Source: a virus
Direction: 5' to 3' (one strand)
Virus record (IMG/VR): IMGVR_UViG_3300041407_000094
Span: 1-64,000 of that record
DNA: 64,000 bases
The translations under genes were made by a program, and so were the position numbers. Under the pieces are notes generated by a model. It had not been told where the DNA came from. It was given only the letters and a program-made list of their open reading frames with translations, and did not search any database. Every line of letters begins with the position of its first letter. Position 1 is the stretch's first letter. Below, in pieces: positions 9,270 to 18,727 of this stretch.

Positions 9270-9304
9270 TCTATAATTTACCTATAATCGTCTATAATTG
9301 ATTA

Positions 9305-9525
9305 CTTTCTAAATAATCCTGACAAGATCACTTGCATTATAACTAAGGAGTTACAAGATTATTTAGAAAGCTCACTGAATGCATGAGGAGTGCATACACC
9401 AATGAGCGAAGACCATCTCGCAGGAGAGAGGGACGAGCGGTCTTAAGTTGCTGAAGGAAGAGGAGAGAAAAACTTCAGCAGGAGAAGATAAGACTCATGT
9501 AGAATTTAGTTCTTATTGTCTTATC
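9305..9525 (-). ncRNA. Putative structured ncRNA: five consecutive hairpins with CUCCU (anti-SD) motifs
   Basis: Inverted repeats 9305-9370, 9370-9407, 9409-9444, 9449-9480 and ~9487-9525; several plus-strand mismatches become G-U pairs on the minus strand. Confidence 0.65.
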
Positions 9526-9647
9526 GGGTGAAACTTAGAATTAATGATGTCTTTCCATCAGTCAAGCTATCATCACTAGATGACTAGGTGGGAATCGCAC
9601 CCACATGTACCAACTCTCAGCTACCGAGCAGAATTGAACTGCATGCT

Positions 9648-9723
9648 TGGCTGGCGATCCTGAATTCGAATCAGGGACAACTTGATTAACAGTCAAGCGC
9701 TCTACCAACTGAGCTAATCGCCA
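9648..9723 (-). tRNA. tRNA-Asn (GUU)
   Basis: 76-nt cloverleaf TGGCGAT...CTTGA-CT-GTT-AA-TCAAG...TTCGAAT...ATCGCCA-G-CCA with encoded CCA. Confidence 0.95.
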
Positions 9724-9764
9724 ATAATCTGTATAGGTACTAACAAAAGTAGTAGCTATACAAC

Positions 9765-9793
9765 ATTGTAACATTATTACATTCTATTTGCAA
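9765..9793 (-). promoter_or_regulatory. Sigma70-like promoter for the tRNA/ncRNA transcript
   Basis: TTGCAA-17 bp-TACAAT with TG extension, about 40 nt upstream of the tRNA. Confidence 0.65.
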
Positions 9794-9800
9794 CCACTTT

Positions 9801-9992
9801 CTATTCAGAATATGCCTCTGGAACATAGAAAGGGTCACACTGATCTTCAAATGTATAAGTGCGTGGTTCGAATTGATCAATATTATAAACTACGTTTAAG
9901 CAGTTAGCACAAAAATCTTCTTCAAGACCGTTCTCTTGTTTCATTTTAAAGTTCCTCCACGAAAGAGGCACATTGCAGCAACGACACCTCAT
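9801..9992 (-). CDS. Small zinc-finger-like hypothetical protein
   Basis: CRCC...CANC; AAGGA RBS. Confidence 0.6.
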   Translation of the reverse strand: MRCRCCNVPLSWRNFKMKQENGLEEDFCANCLNVVYNIDQFEPRTYTFEDQCDPFYVPEAYSE

Positions 9993-10070
9993 CGGTGGAT
10001 TCCTTTATTTGGTTAATGAAGTAAGAGTATCAAATAAATATCTAAAAAGCAAGTGTTTGTGAAAATATAA

Positions 10071-10331
10071 TTAATCTTCTATTTGTAAAACACCGGAATG
10101 CACATATTTGATAATTCCATTATTCTCCTCCCAGTATCGAATATAGTCTAGAATGCCTGTCTTACGTTCCGTGTCTTTCAATGGAATCCCGCACATGCAA
10201 GAACCTTTTACAAAATATATGTAATGACTTAAGAAATCACTATAGTCAGGGACAAAGCCTTCATAGAATAATTGTTCCGCTTCCTTAAAGCCGTACCACC
10301 AAGTGTTTACAGTTTTATGCTGCTTGCTCAT
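10071..10331 (-). CDS. Hypothetical protein
   Basis: ATGA overlap with upstream polymerase-like gene. Confidence 0.6.
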   Translation of the reverse strand: MSKQHKTVNTWWYGFKEAEQLFYEGFVPDYSDFLSHYIYFVKGSCMCGIPLKDTERKTGILDYIRYWEENNGIIKYVHSGVLQIED

Positions 10332-11575
10332 ACGCTCAATTTCTCCTCAATCGAAATACCATCTTCTTTCCAATTCAAACTGATTGGAACTAGATAATCT
10401 ACACCGAACATTTTACGAAAGCAATCACCCATAGTCTTTGATAGCAAGTCAGCATTCTTAGTCTGAACCAAAAATGAGTCGTGTACTGGCAAGCATGGGA
10501 TATTCTTTTCAATCATTACTTCTAGAATATCATTAGCCAAATGACTATCAGCGTTCTGTAAAATACGTCCCATGCTATCTGGGCAACAGAAGAAATCACC
10601 AAACTGTGGGTATTTATCATAGATAAGCAACATCACGGCTTTTGCACCGCCAAGGGAATACTTCTTTTTGTCTTCATCCTTAAGCAGATTAATCTCTTTA
10701 CGAATAGCACCCTCTGCATCGTCATCGTTATAGCAGTTGAACATGATATTTACTGCAAGCTTTACAATACGACGATCTACTGTGTTTGTTTCATCTTCAA
10801 GAATACCTGAGTAAACATCTAGTGGTAGGTATTCAACATCAATGTCTTTCAAAGCTGCTGCTACACGAAAATGAAGATTACAGAAATCAATCTCACAAAC
10901 TTCTTGACCTTCAATCTTAATATCAAGCCGTGCATCAGTGTCACGATTCTTAATTGCCAATACATCGGCCTTATAGAACCTACCACCATAAGCAAACGAC
11001 TCGTTGAAGATGCGACAGTAGAAGTTTGTTAGGGTCTTACCATTTCCATCCTCAATACGGAATGATTCATTCATGTGGTTGAGCTTACGAACAACCTCTT
11101 CCATCTTCTTAATGTCTTGCGTATTACGATAAGGGATTGAATTCTTGTCTTCATCTCGCAATTCAATAACCTTCACTGTGTCTTCATATGCTTTCATAGT
11201 TTCCTCAATCAATTCTTCCGTGTGCCAGACTTCAATGAACTTCTGGGTTGGAGTGATGTAGCTGACTTCTCTCTTCTCTTTAATCTTATGTGGCTTACCC
11301 TTAACATTAACCACATATCCATCGTGTACTAGATACTCAATACAACGAATAACCTTACGAGATGTAATATCTTTCTTACTACTTGTCTTTGTTCCTCCTG
11401 TATCTCTACTGTACACAAGCTTGCATTGTTTCTTCAGGCAAGCAATGAGGTTAGTGACAACCACACCTAGTGTAGTGATATCCTTATACCCATACACCCT
11501 AATAGCATTACTTACCTCTCTACTAACCTTAATATCATATGTTAGTAGCTTAGTATTCAAGACTACCTCTCCCAT
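10328..11575 (-). CDS. wHTH + PolA/T7-RNAP-superfamily polymerase-like protein, copy 1
   Basis: GGRFY, motif A EIDFCNLH, motif B RRIVKLAVN, LQNADS, motif C PVHDSF. Start placed at ATG 11575 (GGAGG RBS); ORF track extends to 11647. Confidence 0.75.
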   Translation of the reverse strand: MGEVVLNTKLLTYDIKVSREVSNAIRVYGYKDITTLGVVVTNLIACLKKQCKLVYSRDTGGTKTSSKKDITSRKVIRCIEYLVHDGYVVNVKGKPHKIKEKREVSYITPTQKFIEVWHTEELIEETMKAYEDTVKVIELRDEDKNSIPYRNTQDIKKMEEVVRKLNHMNESFRIEDGNGKTLTNFYCRIFNESFAYGGRFYKADVLAIKNRDTDARLDIKIEGQEVCEIDFCNLHFRVAAALKDIDVEYLPLDVYSGILEDETNTVDRRIVKLAVNIMFNCYNDDDAEGAIRKEINLLKDEDKKKYSLGGAKAVMLLIYDKYPQFGDFFCCPDSMGRILQNADSHLANDILEVMIEKNIPCLPVHDSFLVQTKNADLLSKTMGDCFRKMFGVDYLVPISLNWKEDGISIEEKLSV

Positions 11576-11716
11576 CCTCCTCCATACCTCCCTACTATCA
11601 TATAACGCAATTTTAGAGACAAAATGCTCTGTAGGCCACAGCCACAAAGGCTTGTAGCAAAAATCCCATAAATAAGTTTGCCTAAATTCGTCTGTACGCA
11701 GTCATTCCAAGCAACC

Positions 11717-11778
11717 ATAGTGACAGATAAAATATTTACTGTCAACCCCTTGCAATCAAAAATATTAGGGTGTACACT
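11717..11778. promoter_or_regulatory. Back-to-back divergent sigma70-like promoters
   Basis: Minus: TTGACA(11745-11740)-17-CACTAT; plus: TTGCAA(11750-11755)-17-TACACT; located at the strand switch. Confidence 0.6.
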
Positions 11779-11957
11779 TGAATCTCAAGCATAGGAGAAG
11801 CACAAATGCCCATCATCCACCTGCACACCTACCGTCTCCTGAAACAAATCCTTGAACATGCAGATAAGGTTGTGATAGTGTCGGTGAACAGAGAGTATGG
11901 GGAGCAAATGACATACACGTATGTGAAACGTAAACAAACTGAGAAGGGAGAGAAGAG

Positions 11958-14900
11958 ATGACCAAGAAGATTATAGAAGATGAATCTACAGACATTGAGT
12001 TTGACTACCTAAAACCTACGTTGGATGAGGTAATCGCAAAGCTGCTAGAGATTCGTAAGACTGTACCGGGTGATGCCAAGGCTCGTGCATGGGTAGATGG
12101 TTACGATGGAGATGAAATTCATGTGTGTTTTGAATACAAACGCGAAGAAACTGATGAAGAGTATTTGAATCGAATCACAAAAGAAGGTTGGGAAAGGAAA
12201 CGTAAAGACGATGATGAGAAAGAAATCTATCGCCGCCTAAAGGCTAAGTTTGGAGATGAACAATGACTCGTGAAGAATATTTGATGGAGCACCATCACAT
12301 CACAGAAAGTATGATAGGGCTTATTTCTATCCAGTACAGTATGGAGGATGTGCAGAAGGTCTTAGCTGAATGGAAACCTAAGCTAAAAGAGATTCAGAAG
12401 AAACGTTATCTAGAGCTTTGTAAGGATCTTCCTGAAGAGGAAATTCAAAAGATGTTGGAGATTACGGGGCTGGACAAATGACCACTTGGAATGAAGGGGT
12501 CGTGGAGGGCTTGATGATCGCTAGAGCGTTTACTCGTGGGCAACTAGAACTGGCTCTAGCAAAAGATAAGCGTGGTAGAAGTGAAAGTCTTGGCCATATT
12601 CTTAGAGAGATTGAAAAGGTGATCACGCTTGAGCGGAAAAGTATTGCTAAACAAAGAGAGAACGCTAAATGACCCGCACATTCCGTGACAAAGACATAGA
12701 CGAAATCTTCGTCATCTATTCACCAAAGAACACTCTCCTCCACATAAGCTATCTAGGCCCAACAGAGGAGACGTTTTATACGAGGGTTGATATAGTAAGG
12801 TTGTTAGATATTATTGATGGGAAAGAAGAGGGGAGGGTAGTAATTGGACGTTAATGCGATATTTGAACAGTACACACGAGAGCAGTTGATCCAGTTGGTA
12901 ATGAAGGACAACTCTGAAATTTGCAGGTTGGAGACGCTACTTACAACAGCCGGTGAAGAGCTTGTTCGGCTAGGTTCCAGTGCAGATGCGCTATTGGCCG
13001 AGATAGAAAGTCGAGAAAAGAAATGGTTGCCTAGTTATAGTATTGGTGGTTACAATCAAATGAGAATGTATATTCACGAGCTTGAGCAGATAGTCGGACC
13101 TGATGCTAGAAAGCTTCGCGATAACCGACAGAAGTATCTAACAGATTGGTTTAAGGAGACAGAGCCTAAATGACCTATATCATCCTCTGGCTAATTGCCG
13201 CTACATGCAGCTTTTATCTACTCAAAACCTACATCACCTCCAACCTGCGACAGATGGGTATCCCAGACGCTAGCATCGCTCAAGCTATGAGAAATGCCGC
13301 TAAGAAAGACGCTTCGATTGAAGAAATCTACAATGCTACGGACAATACAATCAACGCAGCATTTTGGACAGTGATATTAGTAGTTCATCTAGCTATTTGG
13401 CCTATTTGTTTGGTACAGTTGTTGGTGTGGCAGACAATAGATAAACAAGACTTTTCGGATTTTAGGGGTTTATGAAAATGAGTTATCGTCACGAAGTAAA
13501 TTGGAACCCTAAATTTATCAAATGGATTGAGTCGAGTGTTTATTCTAAGGAATTCAACAAAGACAAACTGAAGCCAACATATACACAAGACTTCGCTCAG
13601 TGGTCTATTGCTGAAGAAGCTTTCTGTGCAGGGATAAGATTGACTCTTGAGGATGAAAAAGAATGAAACGACTAATCATGTACCGCTACGATTCTTGGAC
13701 AGAAGGTTGTGGGTGTTGTTCAAATAGTGAATCTGTTTATGATGTATATGAAGATGGTGTTATGGTATCAGAAGCAAATTGGTGTGAGCTTGCACAGGAT
13801 GAAGCTGACTTACGGGGTATTCTGAAACACTTAGAACCTTTTGATGTTGATCCTGACAGTCGGTGGTTTTGATGACTGAACAATGTGCTTGGTGTGGTGG
13901 TCAAGCAAAGGCTGAGTGCAAGAATATTAAGAGCTGTCACAAGGATAAACCCGGCCAAAGGTGGGGTTGTATGGATGACATTGACCTCCTAACAACCTGT
14001 GGAATATTCGACACAAACGATTGCATCAGTCACGAAGACATGCGACATTTATTTAAAGTGAAGGAGAAACAAATTGACAACTAAGATCCAGTATGAAATG
14101 GTGATCACAGATGCAGACAGCACACTGACAAGTCTGCATACCCTTGAAGCATCAATTGACCTGACAGATTTGATACTGGATGGTCAAGTTACAATAGCTG
14201 AGAATGCTTTGCTGGCTATTATCAGTTCAGCTCAAGATAAACTTGATCTTATTGAACAGGAGGAAGTGATGCAAGGATTTCTTTCTGAATTGAAAGTTGT
14301 GTTTGATAAATATACTGCTAAGATTGAGTTGGGGAGTACTGAGACAGGGTACGGGCTGAGTTACGGGGAAGGTGAGACAGCGGTTGGTATTAAGCTGACG
14401 GCGACTTTTGAAGGGATAACAGCGACTAAAGAGATTAATAAATCTGTTATTGTTAGTGGAGACTTGGTGTAACATGAAAGAGCAAGAGAAGCAGAAGCTA
14501 CGTCAATTGGACAATGAAGGCACTAACGGCACTATCCAAGCTTGTCTAATGGACCCTAATATCAACCAAGCCCATTATGCAGATGTTTTGTATTATCTTA
14601 TTCACAAAACACTTGACGAACGTGCATACTATGAGAAAATGTATCAGAAATTCTTTAATGTGATTACATCGGCTGGATTGATGACTAATGAATTGCTTGA
14701 ATTGGAGGAGAAGTTGTGAGGATAATTATTGAAGATTGGAACAGTCCTTGCCCTGTTGGGTTGAATGAATATAAACAGTTCACGTTGAAAATTGGTGAGG
14801 AAGACTTTCATTTCCAGATACAAGACTACTATTGGGACTCAAAAATTGTAAGTAATATGTACAACATGAAGGACACATACTATAAAATCGTTGCTGAGAG

Positions 14901-15021
14901 AATTCCTGAGCTTACAGTGAAAACTGAGCAAGAGGAAGCAGCAGAAGAATCTGTAGTTAAAGCTAAGGAAGCCTTGAAGGCTGCTGAGAATGCTTTGAAG
15001 GTTGTAAAACAGTCTAAATAA
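11958..15021 (+). other. Cluster of 12 tightly coupled small hypothetical ORFs (11958, 12263, 12478, 12669, 12844, 13170 [membrane], 13472, 13663, ~13872, 14074, ~14474, 14716)
   Basis: ATGA/overlapping start-stop junctions and GGAG RBSs; no recognisable domains. Confidence 0.7.
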
Positions 15022-15123
15022 AGCTTGCGTAATAGATTGAAGTGTGGGAAGCTAGAGATGTTGGGAAAGTGGTGAAGCAAAGAAAAGGTGTGGAAATTTA
15101 ATTACTGAGAAGGAAATACTAAT

Positions 15124-15927
15124 ATGGCGGGTAAAAGTCGGGCATATCTAACTGTAGTCGATGACCAAGAGGTTTTGGTCCCGAGGAAGAAAACACGGTC
15201 CACCAGAAATGGTGGTGTTAAGCCTGAGATTAAGGAAAAGTTTCTGGAGGAACGTAATAACCCGCCACCAGTTGTGGCTAAGACTGCAAAACAGAAAGAA
15301 TACTTCCGTCTTTTGGAAGATCCTGAAGTAAAAGCAATCGTATGCTTGGGTTTGCATGGTACGGGTAAGACTTTTTGTGCTGCTGTTGTGGCTGCTGATA
15401 AGTTCCGTAAGAACGAAATCAAACAAATTATCGTAGCTCGTGCATATGTTCAAACTGGTAAAACATCAGGTTTTAAGCCCGGCAGTTCCTTGCAGAAGTT
15501 GTATCCCTACGTTCGTAACGTTCTGGATACTATTAAGTCTCGTATTGGCGGCGGGGCATACGAAATTGCACTGAAAGACGGGGAGTCAGGTGAAATTCAG
15601 GTGCAGGAAGTTGAGAGTATTCGTGGCCGATCCTTCGATCTGCCCTCATTTCTGATCATCGACGAAAGCCAGCAAACAACCAAGGAAGAAATGCAAAGTA
15701 TTGTTACGCGGGTATCGGATAACTGCAAATTGGTGTTATGCGGGGATATTTTGCAGAAGGATATTCAAGGCGAATCTGGTCTTGAGTGGTTTATGTCTTT
15801 CTCAAAACGTCATAATTTGAAAGGTGTTGCAGTGATTGACTTTAATTCTCCAGATGAAATTGTTCGTGGTGGGTTGGTTAAGGATATTGCAATTGGGATG
15901 ATGAAAGACCGGGCAAATGATTTGTAA
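15124..15927 (+). CDS. phoH: PhoH-family ATPase
   Basis: GLHGTGKT, SGFKPG, IRGRSF, IIDESQQ, GDILQKD, IVRGG motifs. Confidence 0.92.
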   Translation: MAGKSRAYLTVVDDQEVLVPRKKTRSTRNGGVKPEIKEKFLEERNNPPPVVAKTAKQKEYFRLLEDPEVKAIVCLGLHGTGKTFCAAVVAADKFRKNEIKQIIVARAYVQTGKTSGFKPGSSLQKLYPYVRNVLDTIKSRIGGGAYEIALKDGESGEIQVQEVESIRGRSFDLPSFLIIDESQQTTKEEMQSIVTRVSDNCKLVLCGDILQKDIQGESGLEWFMSFSKRHNLKGVAVIDFNSPDEIVRGGLVKDIAIGMMKDRANDL

Positions 15928-15935
15928 GGAGAAGT

Positions 15936-16667
15936 ATGAAAGCTATTAATTTAACGGGGATGAAATATAATAGACTTCTTGTAGAAAGTTTCGCGGGTTC
16001 TCGTAAGACCGAAGGTGCTGGTCAGTCTATACGAACTTGGAATTGTTTGTGTGACTGCGGTAATAGGATTGTTGTAGATGGGCATGCCTTGAAGTGTGAC
16101 AATACGATGAGTTGTGGATGTTATAAACTTGAAGTCACAACAACACATGGTATGTGGAAGGATCGATTTTATCAAATATGGGGAGATATGAAAGTTCGCT
16201 GTGATTGTGAAACTAATCAGTCTTACTACAGATATGGAGGTCGTGGTATTAGCTATCAAGAATCTTGGGTATCGTTTGAAGCTTTTAAAGAAGACATGTA
16301 TTCCAGCTATGAAGATCACCTAACTCTAGAGAGGATTGACGTAAACGGTAATTACTCCAAAGAAAATTGCTGCTGGGCCACTAAAGCCGAACAAGCAAGG
16401 AATAGAGGTATGGATACACGTAATAAAACAGGAGTAACTGGTATTAGAACTTGGATTGATAAAGATACTCAGGTTCTATATTATGTAGCAGAGGCTCAAG
16501 GGTTAGATGGTAAAAGGGTGACTAAACACTTTTCAACTGTAAAGTATGGCGAAGAAGGGGCATTTAATTTGGCCGTCGCTAAACGAAAAGAGTTTATGAA
16601 TGTACTAAGTGAAAATGGAATTGAGTACGGCATTAATCACGGTATCCAAAAAGAGGAATTTGTATGA
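15936..16667 (+). CDS. HNH homing endonuclease with AP2-like C-terminal domain
   Basis: WNCLCDCG, SCGC, YGGRGI, LERIDVNGNYSKENCCWAT..EQARN; FSTVKYGEEGAF tail. Confidence 0.88.
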   Translation: MKAINLTGMKYNRLLVESFAGSRKTEGAGQSIRTWNCLCDCGNRIVVDGHALKCDNTMSCGCYKLEVTTTHGMWKDRFYQIWGDMKVRCDCETNQSYYRYGGRGISYQESWVSFEAFKEDMYSSYEDHLTLERIDVNGNYSKENCCWATKAEQARNRGMDTRNKTGVTGIRTWIDKDTQVLYYVAEAQGLDGKRVTKHFSTVKYGEEGAFNLAVAKRKEFMNVLSENGIEYGINHGIQKEEFV

Positions 16668-17434
16668 AACACGAAGAACTAATGCTGTTGCCACAAAAGT
16701 CGCGTATCTCCTCCAGTCATAATGGAGGTATGACCCACGTTATTCGGATTCACGAAGATATTTCTGAGCCAAGTAACTGGAGCGATGAACTTGATCTGAT
16801 TAATGGTGCTTCTGAACAAGATACAATTGTGCTTGATGTGTGCTCGCCGGGAGGTTATCTTGATACAGCAATGCTCTTTCATCGTTCATTGAATAATTGT
16901 GCAGCTCACACTGTTGCAATTATTGGCCCTGAGTGTGCAAGTGCTGCGTCGATCATTAGTCTTTCGGCTCGGGAGTGGATTCTAGATGACACTTCTAGTC
17001 TAATGATTCACACATCTAGCTATTCGCTTGGAGGAAAGGACACAGATATTCTGGAACATGCAAACTTCTCTCGTGGACAGTTGAAGCGTTTGTATGAAAA
17101 AGTTTATTCGGGTTTTCTAAGTTCCGATGACCTTAGCGATGTCATTAAAGGGACTCCGTTCTACTTTAGTGCAGAACAAATTGCTGATCGTCTGGATGCA
17201 CTTACAGAATATCGCGCAAGTCTTCCTTGCCAGTGTGGTGATCCGTTGTGTGGGGTAGGCACAACAGAAACTTCTGAAGAAAACGAAGAAGACTTTGACG
17301 AAATGCCTACATTGGAAGACATGATTTCTTCTGCGGTAGCTTCCGGTATTGAGCAGTACGAAAAGAAACGATTGGCTACTGAAAAGAAAGCAAGTCGTGC
17401 AAAACCAGTAAAAATTACCGAGAAATCCGAATAA
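16664..17434 (+). CDS. ClpP-like (S14) protease
   Basis: SPGG, CASAA (catalytic Ser), LMIH (His); acidic/basic C-terminal extension. Confidence 0.82.
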   Translation: MKHEELMLLPQKSRISSSHNGGMTHVIRIHEDISEPSNWSDELDLINGASEQDTIVLDVCSPGGYLDTAMLFHRSLNNCAAHTVAIIGPECASAASIISLSAREWILDDTSSLMIHTSSYSLGGKDTDILEHANFSRGQLKRLYEKVYSGFLSSDDLSDVIKGTPFYFSAEQIADRLDALTEYRASLPCQCGDPLCGVGTTETSEENEEDFDEMPTLEDMISSAVASGIEQYEKKRLATEKKASRAKPVKITEKSE

Positions 17435-17503
17435 TTCGCTAGACAAACCAGTGGAGTGCATGTATTATGGCTCCACTAACCCAAACACAAAGGAGAGAGT
17501 ATT

Positions 17504-18423
17504 ATGAAAACCACAGGTGAAATGTATTTTGATGAAAATGTAAGCCTTGAGCACCGTCAAGGATTTCGTTCAGGTCTTGAGAAAGCCTACGAAATTATTG
17601 AAGAATATAAGACAGCACTAAAGCAAGATGGTAGGGTCAATGAACTAAATTGGGTGAATGTTTGTAGTGAACACCTAGATGACGAACTTTCCATGTATCA
17701 AGTTGGAGATGAAGAATGATCAGCACACAGGAAATCGAGGAACTAATTGCAGAACAACAAGCTGACCTTGCTGCACAGGAAAAGTCAGAGAATTCTGAGG
17801 AGGAAGAATGAAAGAGTTAGATTATGATGAACGGTATGAGGATTACTTAGCCATCGTTGAACACTGCTTTGATGTGGACCCTCAATGGAACTGGGAAGTT
17901 GATTTAGAATCTAATTGTATTGATTAAAGGAGAATACTTTGTCTGGATCAAATGCCAATAAGAGAAGTCAACACTTAGCAATCAGGTGTGCCCTACTCAG
18001 AGAAGAAGGTTTGACATTATCTGAGATTGCTAAGTTAGTTGGGATTGAGAAAGACAAAGTAAACACAAGAACTGAACTGGGTAAACGACTTTTAAGTTTA
18101 GGAGAAATGTAATGACTGTAGATATTCAAGAAGTGCTAGACTGCCCAATGCAAGAGAATGATTCAGAGGCAACTACAATTAAAGGCTATCTGAAAGCACT
18201 TCTCTTCACACTGTGGGACGAAGGTGAGGGATTCTCTGGTAAACGCCCGTTTGGTAATTCTAATTGGGAGGATGATGTAGCATTTGCACTTGTGAAAGGC
18301 AAGTTCATTAAAGGTCGAATCACATCTGAAATGGAAGACGGGGAGGTTGTCAACGAGTATTTGGAGGATGCTGATTACCCATTGATGAACAAATTGATTC
18401 AACGTGCTATTGAGGCTTTGTAA
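17504..18423 (+). other. Small hypothetical ORFs (17504-17719, 18112-18423 and <60 aa ORFs between them)
   Basis: GGAG RBSs; promoter-like TAGACA-17-TATTAT at ~17440-17468. Confidence 0.6.
17939..18112 (+). CDS. Small HTH protein, 57 aa (sigma region-4-like)
   Basis: TTG start after AAGGAG; LREEGLTLSEIAKLVGIEKDKV helix-turn-helix; below ORF-track cutoff. Confidence 0.6.
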   Translation: MSGSNANKRSQHLAIRCALLREEGLTLSEIAKLVGIEKDKVNTRTELGKRLLSLGEM

Positions 18424-18727
18424 TTATTATGCCACTATATATATGCTAGTTAAAGTTGACTTCGGACACCGTGAATATATTAGTCTATTCGACACGCAAG
18501 ACAAGGTTAAAGCTTACCAGTCAAGCCTAGAGATGGAGATGTTTGACTCCAACAATCTTTGCGGTATTACTTTTTACACTGAGGAGTTTCAAGTACGATG
18601 AGTTATACAGAAGTTGAATTGGAAGGTTTGGAAAGTTCACTTGAACATTGGATTCTGAGTGATGAGCAAGATATGCGTGAAACTTTTGGTGACGACCTTG
18701 TGTTTGCTGTGAAGGAGGCTCTAGTAG

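Noticed and set aside
1423-9280. Late genes avoiding AGGAG to escape the anti-SD RNA
   Set aside because: Some have weak SDs, but portal, protease, 5464 and 5941 use AGGAG, so there is no consistent pattern.
9305-9525. AGGAG motifs as ribosome-binding sites of plus-strand micro-ORFs
   Set aside because: Most lack a suitably spaced start codon, and they sit at hairpin apices in a minus-strand transcription unit.
9562-9774. 70-aa ORF
   Set aside because: Overlaps the tRNA-Asn gene; spurious.
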